In this document: piece after piece, positions 11,455 through 21,174 of the stretch
Layout: each line of letters starts with the position of its first letter
Numbering within the stretch: the first letter of the stretch is position 1
NCBI GenBank assembly: GCA_002333145.1
Contig: DDBN01000081.1
Span: 27,331-91,330, forward strand
DNA: 64,000 bases
From: Moraxellaceae bacterium UBA2031
GTDB taxonomy: Bacteria > Pseudomonadota > Gammaproteobacteria > Pseudomonadales > Moraxellaceae
Reading direction: 5' to 3'
Notes under the pieces: generated by a model
The model's database searches: none
What the model saw: the letters and a program-made list of their open reading frames with translations, nothing else
What the model was told of the DNA's origin: nothing
Program-made: the position numbers and the translations under genes

Positions 11455-11659
11455 GATGATCTCCAATCGTTCAATCGTACCGCCCGGAACAAACCTAATG
11501 GTGAAATCAGGACCCGAACGGCTAGCCGGTTCACAGAAGCCAGATGGCTCCAGACCGGTGATCAAATAATAACCGAAAACACCCCTGAATGACAGGCAGG
11601 GCGGTTACCGACTGTAAAGAGAACAATTTTTATTCATATAAATCAATTATTTATATGGA

Positions 11660-13387
11660 TTAGAGTGGCTCCATGTACTCCACCCGCAACTGCAAAGAGC
11701 GGCTGCCTCGGAACTCATTGATATCCAGCCGGTAGACGAGGCGTACTTTTTTTGACGAATTAGGCCACTGTGCACGATCCACATTAAAGGCAATCGCATC
11801 AAAAATACGGTTCGACGCAGGGTGAGCCACACTCATTTTGATGTGTTTCTCCTTGAGTACCTTTTGCTCCAAGCAGTGAAAGTCACCATGAAACATTGGC
11901 TCAGGGAAGCCCTGCCCCCACGGCCCTGCCTCACGCAAGACATCCGCAAATGGCTCGGTAAAGCAATCTGCCGGCAGCTCGCCGTCAGAGTACAGCACTG
12001 GTTCCAAGTCCTCAGGATTAACCACATCACCCACTGCCTTGTTGAAGGCTGCACGAAACGCCTCCAGACGTGCTACAGGCAAGGTGAGGCCTGCTGCCAT
12101 GGCATGACCACCAAAGCGTGTAATAAGGCCTGGATTTCGCGCTGCCACGGTATCCAGCACATCCCTTATATGCACACCCGGAATGGATCTGGCAGACCCC
12201 TTAAGCTCATCAGAGCCAGGTGCTGACGATGCAAACGCAATTACTGGGCGATGAAATCGTTCCTTGAGACGGCCCGCCAAAATACCGACTACGCCTTGAT
12301 GCCAGTCGCGATGGAAAAGTGTTAGCCCAAAGGGCAGCGCTTCCTTGTCCAGCGAAAACGTCTGCAGCACATGCATGGCCTCTTTTTGCATGCTGCCTTC
12401 GATCTGCCGCCGTTCGATGTTGAGCCCGTCCAGCTCAGACGCATATTGCCGTGCAAGATCTACCGAACCTGTCAGCAAGCATTCAATGCCTTGCGACATA
12501 TCATCCAAGCGCCCTGCTGCATTCAGTCGTGGAGCCACTTGAAACCCAAGATCCGTCGCCACCAATTGTGCCGGCTGCTTGCTTGCGATATCCAATAGTG
12601 CCGTGATGCCGGGCCGGCAACGCCCCGCACGAATACGGTTAAGGCCCTGATGCACCAGAACACGGTTATTGGCGTCCAATGGCACCACATCTGCCACCGT
12701 ACCCAATGCAACCAAGTCCAGATAGTCCGCCATGGCTGGCTCAGGAATATTCATGGTGGTAAACCAACCCTGCTCCTTCATGCGCGTGCGAAAGCACGAG
12801 AGCAGGTAAAAGACCACGCCAACGCCGGCCAGGTTTTTACTGAGAAATACGCAGCCGGGCTGATTGGGATTAAGAATGGCTGCCGCTTCCGGCAATACAG
12901 CGCCCGGTAGGTGGTGATCTGTGACCAACACCTTCATCCCTAGCGCATTGGCCGCTGCCACGCCCTCGAGACTGGAAATACCGTTATCAACCGTCACAAT
13001 CAGATAAGGCGTTTTGGTTGCGTGCGCCAACTCAACAATTTCAGGCGTCAGCCCATATCCATAGGTAAAGCGATTGGGCACCAGATAATCAATCACAGCA
13101 CCCATGGCACGCAGCACCAGCACCGCCAGCACCGTGCTGGTAGCACCATCCGCATCAAAGTCTCCCACCACCAGAATCCGTTGCTTTTCTTTTAAGGCAA
13201 CTTCAAGCAAATCCAGTGCAGCTTCCATGCCTTTGAGTTGAGGTGCGTGTAAGCCTTGAAGATTGCGAATCAAATCATTTGAGGATTGCACTCCACGAGC
13301 GGCATAAATATGTGCCAGAACGGGATGCAGCCCATTAAGTGCATCAGGAGCAGAAGCATTAGTGCGTAAACGTATTATTTTCTTCAT
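11660..13387 (-). CDS. recJ: single-stranded-DNA-specific exonuclease RecJ
   Basis: DHH family motifs (VVGDFDADGATS, VTDHHLPG) and DHHA1 (GGHAMAAG). Start chosen at MKKIIRLR (ATG 13387). Confidence 0.93.
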   Translation of the reverse strand: MKKIIRLRTNASAPDALNGLHPVLAHIYAARGVQSSNDLIRNLQGLHAPQLKGMEAALDLLEVALKEKQRILVVGDFDADGATSTVLAVLVLRAMGAVIDYLVPNRFTYGYGLTPEIVELAHATKTPYLIVTVDNGISSLEGVAAANALGMKVLVTDHHLPGAVLPEAAAILNPNQPGCVFLSKNLAGVGVVFYLLSCFRTRMKEQGWFTTMNIPEPAMADYLDLVALGTVADVVPLDANNRVLVHQGLNRIRAGRCRPGITALLDIASKQPAQLVATDLGFQVAPRLNAAGRLDDMSQGIECLLTGSVDLARQYASELDGLNIERRQIEGSMQKEAMHVLQTFSLDKEALPFGLTLFHRDWHQGVVGILAGRLKERFHRPVIAFASSAPGSDELKGSARSIPGVHIRDVLDTVAARNPGLITRFGGHAMAAGLTLPVARLEAFRAAFNKAVGDVVNPEDLEPVLYSDGELPADCFTEPFADVLREAGPWGQGFPEPMFHGDFHCLEQKVLKEKHIKMSVAHPASNRIFDAIAFNVDRAQWPNSSKKVRLVYRLDINEFRGSRSLQLRVEYMEPL

Positions 13388-13463
13388 AGGGGCAATTCTA
13401 CCGAGCGATATGGATTCACCGGGGCACAATCAAAGACGCATCGACACCATCACCGTATAAAGC

Positions 13464-13492
13464 AAAAAGCCCGGCAATAGCCGGGCCTTTTT
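13464..13492 (-). terminator. terminator after thrC
   Basis: GCCCGGC-AATA-GCCGGGC hairpin flanked by A and T runs, between the thrC stop and the recJ start. Confidence 0.65.
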
Positions 13493-13504
13493 ATTCAGCA
13501 TGAA

Positions 13505-14590
13505 TCAGCCCTGCATCGATGCCAGAATGGCTGACTTCACTTGATCCAGTGTCGCATCAATGGTCTTGAGGACAGCAGTGCTGCACTGGCCAATAGCCGT
13601 ATCAGGATCCTTCAGGCCATTACCGGTCAGTGTGCAAACCACTTTGGAGCCTTCAGGAATTTTGCCGGACTTAATGTCACGAATGGCACCACCCAGTGAT
13701 GCGGCAGATGCCGGCTCACAGAACACACCTTCGTACATGGCCAGCATGCGCTGAGTATCCAGAATTTCTTGATCAGGTAACTCATCAAACCAGCCGCCTG
13801 ATTCCTTCTGCAAGGCCCATGCCTTATCCCACGATTGTGGATTGCCGATACGAATAGCCGTAGCAACCGTTTCAGGATTCATCACCGGACCACCGCGCAT
13901 GAATGGTGCAGAGCCGGCAGCCTGATAACCCAACATTTTTGGTCGGCTATTAACAAGGCCACGCTCGTGATACTCGCTGTATCCCATCCAGTGTGCCGTG
14001 ATGTTACCGGCATTACCCACAGGCAGGCAGTGATAGTCCGGCGCAAAGCCTAGCTCTTCCACAATTTCGAATGCGGCCGTTTTCTGGCCCTGCAAGCGAT
14101 AAGGGTTGATAGAGTTAACGATGGTGACGGGTGCATGAGTGGCCACTTGCTTCACCAACTCCATACCTTCATCGAAATTGCCACGAATCTGCAGAGTGAT
14201 AGCGCCATACATCATGGCCTGGGCTAACTTGCCCATGGCAATCTTGCCTTCTGGAATGAGCACGAAAGCAGTAATGCCTGCACGGGCCGCATACGCTGCG
14301 GCAGCAGCCGACGTATTACCGGTAGAAGCGCAGATGATGGCTTTGCTGCCCGCTTCCACAGCCTTGGTCACGGCCATGGTCATGCCGCGGTCCTTGAAGG
14401 AACCAGTTGGGTTCAAACCTTCGTATTTCACATAGATGTCGACATCCTTGCCAATCATCTTTGGTATGTTTTGCAGCTTGATGAGCGGCGTATTGCCCTC
14501 ACCCAGTGAAATCAGGCGCGTGTCATCAGACACCGGCAGATGGTCACGGTACTTGTTGATAAGGCCGGTGTAGCGATTGCCAAAGTTCAT
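13505..14590 (-). CDS. thrC: threonine synthase
   Basis: 361 aa. PLP-lysine motif NPTGSFKDRG and the short bacterial ThrC architecture. Immediately downstream of hom. Confidence 0.93.
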   Translation of the reverse strand: MNFGNRYTGLINKYRDHLPVSDDTRLISLGEGNTPLIKLQNIPKMIGKDVDIYVKYEGLNPTGSFKDRGMTMAVTKAVEAGSKAIICASTGNTSAAAAAYAARAGITAFVLIPEGKIAMGKLAQAMMYGAITLQIRGNFDEGMELVKQVATHAPVTIVNSINPYRLQGQKTAAFEIVEELGFAPDYHCLPVGNAGNITAHWMGYSEYHERGLVNSRPKMLGYQAAGSAPFMRGGPVMNPETVATAIRIGNPQSWDKAWALQKESGGWFDELPDQEILDTQRMLAMYEGVFCEPASAASLGGAIRDIKSGKIPEGSKVVCTLTGNGLKDPDTAIGQCSTAVLKTIDATLDQVKSAILASMQG

Positions 14591-14661
14591 GTCTGTGTCT
14601 CGCTCAAGCTGACGTACAAAAAATCATCTGCACATACCTCCGAATGAGGCGTGCAACTCAA

Positions 14662-15966
14662 TCAGGCGTCCAAGTTTTCAAGGCGGATTCGTACCACCTT
14701 GCCAATGATGTCATTCAGACCTTCCATCCCGGCGATCGCATGATTCATTTCACGCTCAACCACGGGCTTAGTCAGAATAATAACAGGAACTGATCCAGCC
14801 TCATGTGCAGGCTTCTGCAAGATGGCCTCGATACTAATGCCATGCTGCGAAAGAATACGGGTCACATCTGCCAGCACACCTGGACGGTCGTTGGCGGTCA
14901 GACGCAGATAATAGGAAGTCACCACATCCTCCATTGGGAGGATGGGAGTGTCTGTAATGGCATGTGGCTGGAACGCCAGATGCGGCACAAAATTACTCTG
15001 CTCGGAGCCCATGGAACGAACTACATCAACAATGTCCGCAACGATGGATGAAGCCGTAGGGCCTGCTCCAGCGCCAGAACCATAATAAAGTGTGGCCCCT
15101 ACAGGATCCGATTGCACCAGCACCGCATTCTTCACGCCATTTACATTGGCGATTAGGCGCTCAGCAGGAATCAGCGTGGGATGTACGCGCAGCTCGATAC
15201 CTTTCTCAACACGACGGGCAATGCCTAGGTGCTTGATACGGAAGCCTAGCTCTTCGGCATAGGCCACATCTTCACGAGTCAGTTTGGTGATGCCTTCGGT
15301 ATAAGCTTTTTTGAACTGTAGCGGCACACCAAAGGCCAGCGAAGCCAAAATGGTGAGCTTGTGAGCGGCATCGATACCTTCCACGTCGAAGGTTGGGTCA
15401 GCCTCGGCATAGCCCAGCGCTTGCGCCTCGGTGAGTACATCGTAAAAGTCACGACCCTTCTCACGCATTTCGGACAGGATGAAGTTGCCGGTGCCGTTGA
15501 TAATGCCGGCCAGCCATTCAATTCGGTTGGCCGCCAAACCTTCACGCATCACCTTAACGATAGGCACACCGCCCGCTACTGCAGCCTCAAAGGCCACATA
15601 AACACCTTTCTTTTCAGCCGCGGCAAAAATCTCGTTGCCGTACTCTGCCAGCAACGCTTTATTGGCGGTGACGACATGCTTACCATTCGCAATCGCCTGC
15701 ATGACGACATCACGTGCTGTCGTCGTGCCGCCAATTACCTCAACCACAATATCAATTGCAGGGTCGTTGACCACAGCAAAGATATCCTTGCTGACTTGAG
15801 TGCCAGAAAGGTCGTAGTCCGGGTTGTCGCGACGAACGCCAACATGAGAAACGCGGATTTCACGACCAGTACGGCGGCTAATTTCAGCAGCATTTTCACG
15901 CAGTAGATTGAAGGCGCCGCCTCCAACCGTACCCAAGCCCACAATACCAACAGACACCGGCTTCAC
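14662..15966 (-). CDS. hom: homoserine dehydrogenase
   Basis: N-terminal VKPVSVGIVGLGTVGGG NAD-binding motif, a catalytic domain and a C-terminal ACT domain. The GTG at 15966 is preferred; the track ORF starts at an upstream GTG at 15984. Confidence 0.92.
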   Translation of the reverse strand: MKPVSVGIVGLGTVGGGAFNLLRENAAEISRRTGREIRVSHVGVRRDNPDYDLSGTQVSKDIFAVVNDPAIDIVVEVIGGTTTARDVVMQAIANGKHVVTANKALLAEYGNEIFAAAEKKGVYVAFEAAVAGGVPIVKVMREGLAANRIEWLAGIINGTGNFILSEMREKGRDFYDVLTEAQALGYAEADPTFDVEGIDAAHKLTILASLAFGVPLQFKKAYTEGITKLTREDVAYAEELGFRIKHLGIARRVEKGIELRVHPTLIPAERLIANVNGVKNAVLVQSDPVGATLYYGSGAGAGPTASSIVADIVDVVRSMGSEQSNFVPHLAFQPHAITDTPILPMEDVVTSYYLRLTANDRPGVLADVTRILSQHGISIEAILQKPAHEAGSVPVIILTKPVVEREMNHAIAGMEGLNDIIGKVVRIRLENLDA

Positions 15967-16136
15967 ATCATCACCTGAATACACTTGAGCGCGCCATAAA
16001 TGGCGCAGAGACCGCGACCGGTCGACAGTCTACAGCAGCAGCTTTCGACCGGTATTTTGAGGGCGCAACATTATTGCCCGTCCCGGGGTTTGTCAAACCC
16101 GAAACGAGCGATTGGAAGGCTTCGTGCTACGCAGAA

Positions 16137-16865
16137 CTAGCGAATACCCAAGGCCTTAGCCAGTGACGCAGGGGCTAGATACCCGCCCACTTGCTTACCA
16201 TCCGGAGCGAAAATTGCCGGAGTACCCCGAACACCTAGCACAACGCCCAACTCATATTGCTTGTTCACCGGGGACTTGCAGACTTTTGGTGCCTCCGGCA
16301 GTGACTTGCCCTGCTTGGAGAGCGTCATGGCCGACTGCCGATCGCTAGAGCACCAAACATTGTCCAATTTACGGGATGTCGGGGTGCTTTCACCGGCGCG
16401 AGGAAAGGCCAAGTAACGCACCTCGATACCCAGCTTGTTAATCTGGGCAATTTCAGCATGCAGCTTGCGGCAGTAGCCACAATCAACGTCAGTGAACACA
16501 TGAATAATGGCTTTGGGCTTTCCACCTACGGCTGGGAAATTCACGCTATCTGCGGGAGACAGTGCAGCCAGTGCTGCCTTACTTTCATCCGCTTTACCTG
16601 CATCTTCAAGGTTAACGATGCGATCACCCTGAATCTCAAGCAGATCGCCCTGAAACAAGTAACGGCCATCTGCTGTAACGAAAACAGATTCATACCCCTT
16701 GGCGTTCACCTGATAAAGCCCTGCCGGCGTAGGCCGGATACTTATAATTTGTGCCTCCGGCATAGCCGTCTTGAGCTTAGCCCGAATGATATCTTCAGGC
16801 CCGGCTTGAGCAACACCGGCCAGCAGAGCCATACCCATCAGAATGGGAACAACCAGAAACTTCAT
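16137..16865 (-). CDS. dsbC: thiol:disulfide interchange protein DsbC
   Basis: Signal peptide MKFLVVPILMGMALLAGVAQA, a dimerisation domain, and a thioredoxin fold with the active site CGYC. ATG 16865 is preceded by GGAGAG. Confidence 0.9.
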   Translation of the reverse strand: MKFLVVPILMGMALLAGVAQAGPEDIIRAKLKTAMPEAQIISIRPTPAGLYQVNAKGYESVFVTADGRYLFQGDLLEIQGDRIVNLEDAGKADESKAALAALSPADSVNFPAVGGKPKAIIHVFTDVDCGYCRKLHAEIAQINKLGIEVRYLAFPRAGESTPTSRKLDNVWCSSDRQSAMTLSKQGKSLPEAPKVCKSPVNKQYELGVVLGVRGTPAIFAPDGKQVGGYLAPASLAKALGIR

Positions 16866-16958
16866 GAGGATCTCTCCGTAAACAATGGTGCAAGGATACG
16901 CCAGTGCCACTCAACTGTTGATAGTGCGTGCGTAAACGGACGGTTTCAGTGACGAAAA

Positions 16959-17894
16959 TCAGCCGCGGGGATGATGCTTGGCATGCAGCTCTTGCAAGCG
17001 ATGGCTGGCGATATGGGTATAGATCTGAGTGGTGGACAAATCGCTGTGGCCCAACAACATCTGCACTACACGCAGATCGGCACCATGATTGAGCAGGTGT
17101 GTGGCGAATGCGTGACGTAGGGTGTGTGGCGACAGGGCCTTGCTGATACCGGCCGCCTTGGCCAGCACTTTGATACGGTACCAGAATGCCTGCCGCGTCA
17201 TAAACTCCCCTTCCCGACTGGGAAAAAGCGCCTCTGTTGCTGAGCCCGCAATCAGCACGGGCCTGGCCTCTTCTGCATAGCGCACCAACCAGTCCATGGC
17301 CTCTTGATTCATAGGTACCAGCCGCTCCTTACTGCCCTTGCCCGTCACTCGCAGAAAACCACCACGTAAATTAGGCTGATCAATGCGTAGCCCTACCAAC
17401 TCACTGACCCGAAGACCGCACCCATAGAGTAACTCCAGCATCGCCCGATCACGCTGCCCCAGTGGGGTATCCAGCAAGGGGGCGGCGAGCAACTTCTCAA
17501 CATCGGTCTCCGATAAATCTTTCGGCAAAGGCCGTCCAATTTTAGGAGATTCCAGATTAAGCGAGGGGTCCTGCGTAATGCGGTGCTGTGAAAGGTGGAA
17601 GCGGTAAAAGCGCCGGATTGCCGACAGAAAGCGTGCTCTTGAACGAGGATGACCTCCTTCCTCGTGAATCTCGTGCATATAGCGGATCAGATCGACATGC
17701 TCCAGTGTCAGCAGGGCACGAGGCTCAGCCCAACCCGCCAGCTTGTGCAGGTCCGAAAGGTAGGCACTGATCGAGTGTTTACTCATACCCTCAACCACAA
17801 GCTTGCTATGAAACTGGCGAAGCTCCTGTGGCTCAGGTAATGCAGCCTCCTCCTTGCGAGGCCGACCGCGAGGGCGTGGCGGGATAGTCTTCAT
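16959..17894 (-). CDS. xerD: site-specific tyrosine recombinase XerD
   Basis: 311 aa from ATG 17894. Catalytic RHRY signature (GLRVSEL, HTLRHAFATHLL, LGHSDLSTTQIYTH). Sits in the xerD-dsbC context as in E. coli. Confidence 0.9.
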   Translation of the reverse strand: MKTIPPRPRGRPRKEEAALPEPQELRQFHSKLVVEGMSKHSISAYLSDLHKLAGWAEPRALLTLEHVDLIRYMHEIHEEGGHPRSRARFLSAIRRFYRFHLSQHRITQDPSLNLESPKIGRPLPKDLSETDVEKLLAAPLLDTPLGQRDRAMLELLYGCGLRVSELVGLRIDQPNLRGGFLRVTGKGSKERLVPMNQEAMDWLVRYAEEARPVLIAGSATEALFPSREGEFMTRQAFWYRIKVLAKAAGISKALSPHTLRHAFATHLLNHGADLRVVQMLLGHSDLSTTQIYTHIASHRLQELHAKHHPRG

Positions 17895-17923
17895 ATACCA
17901 AGAGCATACCGGAGAGCGCCCAT

Positions 17924-17951
17924 AAAAAAACGGCCCGAAGGCCGTTTCTTT
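17924..17951 (-). terminator. terminator after rplS operon
   Basis: The minus strand reads AAAGAAACGGCC-TTCG-GGCCGTTTTTTT. It lies 18 nt downstream of the rplS stop. Confidence 0.8.
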
Positions 17952-17968
17952 GCCGATCAACGCGCCAA

Positions 17969-18340
17969 TTACTTGGGAGCGCGTGGAGCCAGCTTTTCTT
18001 TGATACGTGCGGACTTGCCCGAACGATCGCGGAGGTAGTACAGCTTGGCGCGACGAACGTCACCACGACGCTTCACTTCGATGGAAGCAACCACCGGAGA
18101 GTGCGTCTGAAACACACGCTCAACACCGATACCATTGGAGATCTTGCGTACGGTGAAAGCAGAGTTCAGGCCACGGTTCTTCTTGGCGATAACAACGCCT
18201 TCGTAAGCCTGCAGACGCTCACGCTCACCTTCTTTCACCTTCACCTGAACGATAACAGTATCGCCCGGGCCGAAAGACGGCACGTTTTGCTTGAGTTGGG
18301 ACTGTTCAACGAATTGAACCAGGGGATGCTTGCCGCTCAT
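17969..18340 (-). CDS. rplS: 50S ribosomal protein L19
   Basis: 123 aa. Classic L19 sequence ([30 protein letters not shown]). Confidence 0.97.
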   Translation of the reverse strand: MSGKHPLVQFVEQSQLKQNVPSFGPGDTVIVQVKVKEGERERLQAYEGVVIAKKNRGLNSAFTVRKISNGIGVERVFQTHSPVVASIEVKRRGDVRRAKLYYLRDRSGKSARIKEKLAPRAPK

Positions 18341-18475
18341 GGCATTTCCTCAATTTTATGGTGACAGAGGCTTTGAACGGGCTTTTTTGTGAGACCGTTC
18401 GGCGCATACCCACCGTTACACACCTGGCCCGCCGGTTACCCGGCAAACCCATGGAGATGAAAGGACCTTGCGGAC

Positions 18476-19243
18476 CTATTCACCCTCGCCGCTTTCGCGA
18501 CGGATATCGTCAAGCAGTTTTATCTGCTCTTTATCCAGCGTGACCTTTTCCAGAAGATCAGGACGACGCTGCAATGTTCTGGCCAGACTTTGTTTTCGGC
18601 GCCATTTTCGGATAGCCGCATGGTCACCCGATAACAGAACTGCCGGTACCTCATCCGCCTCATACACTTCTGGGCGAGTGTAGTGCGGGCAATCCAGTAA
18701 GCCATCACTGAAGGAATCCTCTTCAGCGGAGGCCTCACTGCCAAGCGCACCTGGCAGCAAACGCGTCATTGCATCAATCAGCACCATCGCAGGCAGCTCA
18801 CCACCCGACAACACGTAATCACCGATTGACCATTCTGCATCGACTTCGCGCTGAATAAGACGCTCGTCGACTCCTTCATAACGACCACAAAGCAGAATCA
18901 TCGCCTCCGTAGTCGCTAACTCCTGCACCCCTGCCTGGTTTAACACCCTGCCCTGTGGTGACAGGTAAATTACATTCGGCGTCAGGCCCTTAGCCCGAGC
19001 AGCCTCTTTGGCTGCCGTGATCGCGCACCGTAATGGCTCGATCAACATCACCATGCCGGGGCCACCCCCATACGGGCGGTCGTCCACGCGGCGAAAATTA
19101 CTTTCGGAATGCCCCTCAACATAATCACGAGGATTCCAGTATTCCAGCGCCAGCAAACCGTTCTTCACGGCGCGGCGAGTAATACCACTATCGGTCACCG
19201 CCTGAAACATTTCCGGGAACAGGCTGATTACCCCGATCCACAC
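18476..19243 (-). CDS. trmD: tRNA (guanine37-N1)-methyltransferase
   Basis: 255 aa. TrmD SPOUT-knot motifs ([33 protein letters not shown]). Confidence 0.95.
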   Translation of the reverse strand: MWIGVISLFPEMFQAVTDSGITRRAVKNGLLALEYWNPRDYVEGHSESNFRRVDDRPYGGGPGMVMLIEPLRCAITAAKEAARAKGLTPNVIYLSPQGRVLNQAGVQELATTEAMILLCGRYEGVDERLIQREVDAEWSIGDYVLSGGELPAMVLIDAMTRLLPGALGSEASAEEDSFSDGLLDCPHYTRPEVYEADEVPAVLLSGDHAAIRKWRRKQSLARTLQRRPDLLEKVTLDKEQIKLLDDIRRESGEGE

Positions 19244-19261
19244 CTCAGGCGCCTCGCCTGC

Positions 19262-19810
19262 TCAAAACTCTGGATCCCAGTCGACGGTAATCATCCTGCC
19301 GACCAGATCAACATCCTTTATAACTTCACCTGGCACCCAAGGTACCAAGCGCTCAAGCTCATCCATGCTGCCCTCTGATGCCTGAACGACCAGCACATCA
19401 TTAGCGCCTGTTTCCATCATGCTGTGTACAGTGCCCAGCAGCTGACCATCTTGGGTTCGCACGGAGAGATCAATGAGGTCTGACCAATAGTAGTCACCCT
19501 CTTCCAGCTCCGGGAGAACATCCTTCGAAACCCATATCTCAAGGTTACGCAAGGATTCGGCCGCGTTACGGTCAGGAGAGATGTCGAGTTGAGCGACAAC
19601 GCCCTTACCCTGCGTACGCCACTCCAGCACCTTGACTGGCCTGAACCCCTCACGGGTTTTCAGGTACCAAGGCTGGTAGCCAAAAAGATTGGTAATGGGG
19701 TCGGTCAGGGCATGCACCCAGACCCACCCCTTCACGCCGTAGGGCGTACTAACGTGCCCTACGTTGATGAGATCGGAGGCTTCCGGCACCGCCGGTGCCT
19801 TCGTATTCAT
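19262..19810 (-). CDS. rimM: ribosome maturation factor RimM
   Basis: 182 aa, with RimM and PRC-barrel regions. Located between rpsP and trmD. Confidence 0.9.
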   Translation of the reverse strand: MNTKAPAVPEASDLINVGHVSTPYGVKGWVWVHALTDPITNLFGYQPWYLKTREGFRPVKVLEWRTQGKGVVAQLDISPDRNAAESLRNLEIWVSKDVLPELEEGDYYWSDLIDLSVRTQDGQLLGTVHSMMETGANDVLVVQASEGSMDELERLVPWVPGEVIKDVDLVGRMITVDWDPEF

Positions 19811-19815
19811 CTGTA

Positions 19816-20064
19816 TCAGACTGCCTTGGCAGCGGCCTTGGCCAGAGCGGCAACGCGCTCAGACGGCTGTGCGCCCTTGGAAACCCAGTACTGATAACGC
19901 TCAGAGTCAAAACGGACACGCTCTTCCTGACCCTTGGATACTGGGTTGAAGAAGCCAACGCGCTCGATGAAACGGCCATCACGGGCGTTACGGCTGTCGG
20001 TCACAACGATGGAGTAAAACGGACGCTTCTTGGCGCCGCCACGTGCAAGGCGAATAGTAACCAT
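19816..20064 (-). CDS. rpsP: 30S ribosomal protein S16
   Basis: 82 aa from ATG 20064 ([17 protein letters not shown]...), preceded by AAGGAA. The track ORF is over-extended to 20163. Confidence 0.96.
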   Translation of the reverse strand: MVTIRLARGGAKKRPFYSIVVTDSRNARDGRFIERVGFFNPVSKGQEERVRFDSERYQYWVSKGAQPSERVAALAKAAAKAV

Positions 20065-20146
20065 GATCAATTTCCTTAACTGGGTTCCCGTGGTCAATCG
20101 ATCCGCGCGAGTGCCACGGAAATCAACCCGGCGCGGAAGGTCGCAA

Positions 20147-20152
20147 ATTATA
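20147..20152 (-). promoter_or_regulatory. candidate -10 box of rpsP operon promoter
   Basis: Perfect TATAAT on the minus strand, about 85 nt upstream of the rpsP ATG. The -35 region is weak (TTTCTT). Confidence 0.3.
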
Positions 20153-20252
20153 CGGGGAATCACTATCCGAAGAAAGCCCGATTATCCCTACTCGCGAATA
20201 GGAGGAGTATCATGGTCGCGCATTCCGGCCACTGCCCGAGATCCCCCACTCC

Positions 20253-21095
20253 GTGCTCAATCAATCCATACGGAAAGGTGCCGCCCTACTGGCCCTTTCA
20301 GCTTTTCTGTTTGCGACGATGGGCGTTTTCATCCGGCTGGCATCGCATTCCGTAGATAATGAAATCGTGGTTTTTGCCCGGAACTTAGCAGGCCTCATCC
20401 TGCTACTGCCCATTATGATGACGCGAGGCGGTGGTGGGCTGAAAACAGCCGTATTTCCTCGCCACCTCTGGCGCGCCCTGACAGGCCTAACGGCGATGTA
20501 TGGCTTTTTTTACGCCATTGCCAACCTGCCACTCTCCAGCGCCATGATTTTTACCTACTCGTCACCGGTCTTTATTCCACTGGTCGCGTGGATATTCCTG
20601 AAAGAGCCCATGACACGACAGGCCTGGGCTGCCGCTCTGGTTGGCTTGGCCGGTGTAATACTGGTGTGCAAACCAGACCAGGGGCTTGTAAACCACTTTG
20701 CAATAATCGGCCTTGGCTCCAGTGTCTTGGCGGCTACCGCTTTTGTCACGGTACGATCACTGGGCTCAACAGAGCCCACTACTCGGGTCGTTTTCTACTT
20801 TGCCCTTATCTCCACCGTTGTATCGACCATCCCACTGCTGTGGGCGGGACGCGCCATCACCCTGCATGAATTCGTATTACTGGCCGCCGTAGGCGTTCTG
20901 GCCACGGTCAGCCAACTCTGCCTGACCCGTGCCTATGCTTTGGCGCCTGCCAATCGTATTGGCCCCGTCACCTATTTAGCTATTGTGGTTGCTGGTCTGT
21001 ATGCTTGGGCGCTGTGGGGTGAAGTGCCGGATGGCTATGCGATTATTGGGACCGGTATGATTTTGGCTGCATCACTCATCAGCCTGCGCCGCTGA
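20253..21095 (+). CDS. DMT/EamA-family transporter
   Basis: 280 aa, about 10 TM helices, two EamA repeats. GTG start without an obvious RBS (see the finding on the upstream out-of-frame RBS/ATG). Confidence 0.75.
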   Translation: MLNQSIRKGAALLALSAFLFATMGVFIRLASHSVDNEIVVFARNLAGLILLLPIMMTRGGGGLKTAVFPRHLWRALTGLTAMYGFFYAIANLPLSSAMIFTYSSPVFIPLVAWIFLKEPMTRQAWAAALVGLAGVILVCKPDQGLVNHFAIIGLGSSVLAATAFVTVRSLGSTEPTTRVVFYFALISTVVSTIPLLWAGRAITLHEFVLLAAVGVLATVSQLCLTRAYALAPANRIGPVTYLAIVVAGLYAWALWGEVPDGYAIIGTGMILAASLISLRR

Positions 21096-21141
21096 CAACC
21101 TTCCCTAAGTGGCACATCTAATTCTTCAACACCTATAAACA

Positions 21142-21169
21142 ATGAAGCCCGCTACGTTGCGGGCTTCAT
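21142..21169. terminator. bidirectional terminator between EamA gene and ffh
   Basis: ATGAAGCCCGC-TACGTT-GCGGGCTTCAT, an 11-bp perfect stem between convergent genes. Confidence 0.7.
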
Positions 21170-21174
21170 CAGGC

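Noticed and set aside
11305-11565. 86-aa version of the small ORF
   Set aside because: The N-terminal 37 residues have no RBS and look non-coding. Only the 49-aa form from ATG 11454 (GGAGA RBS, one TM helix) was kept, at low confidence.
15361-15906. 181-aa plus-strand ORF; also 46596..47138 and 33922..34458
   Set aside because: All three lie antisense inside well-supported genes (hom, the OYE reductase, the gamma-CA-like gene). They lack RBSs and recognisable motifs.
16959-17894. Tyrosine recombinase as a marker of a mobile element
   Set aside because: Its sequence and its xerD-dsbC-(recJ-prfB-lysS) context identify it as the housekeeping chromosome-dimer resolvase XerD, not an integrase.
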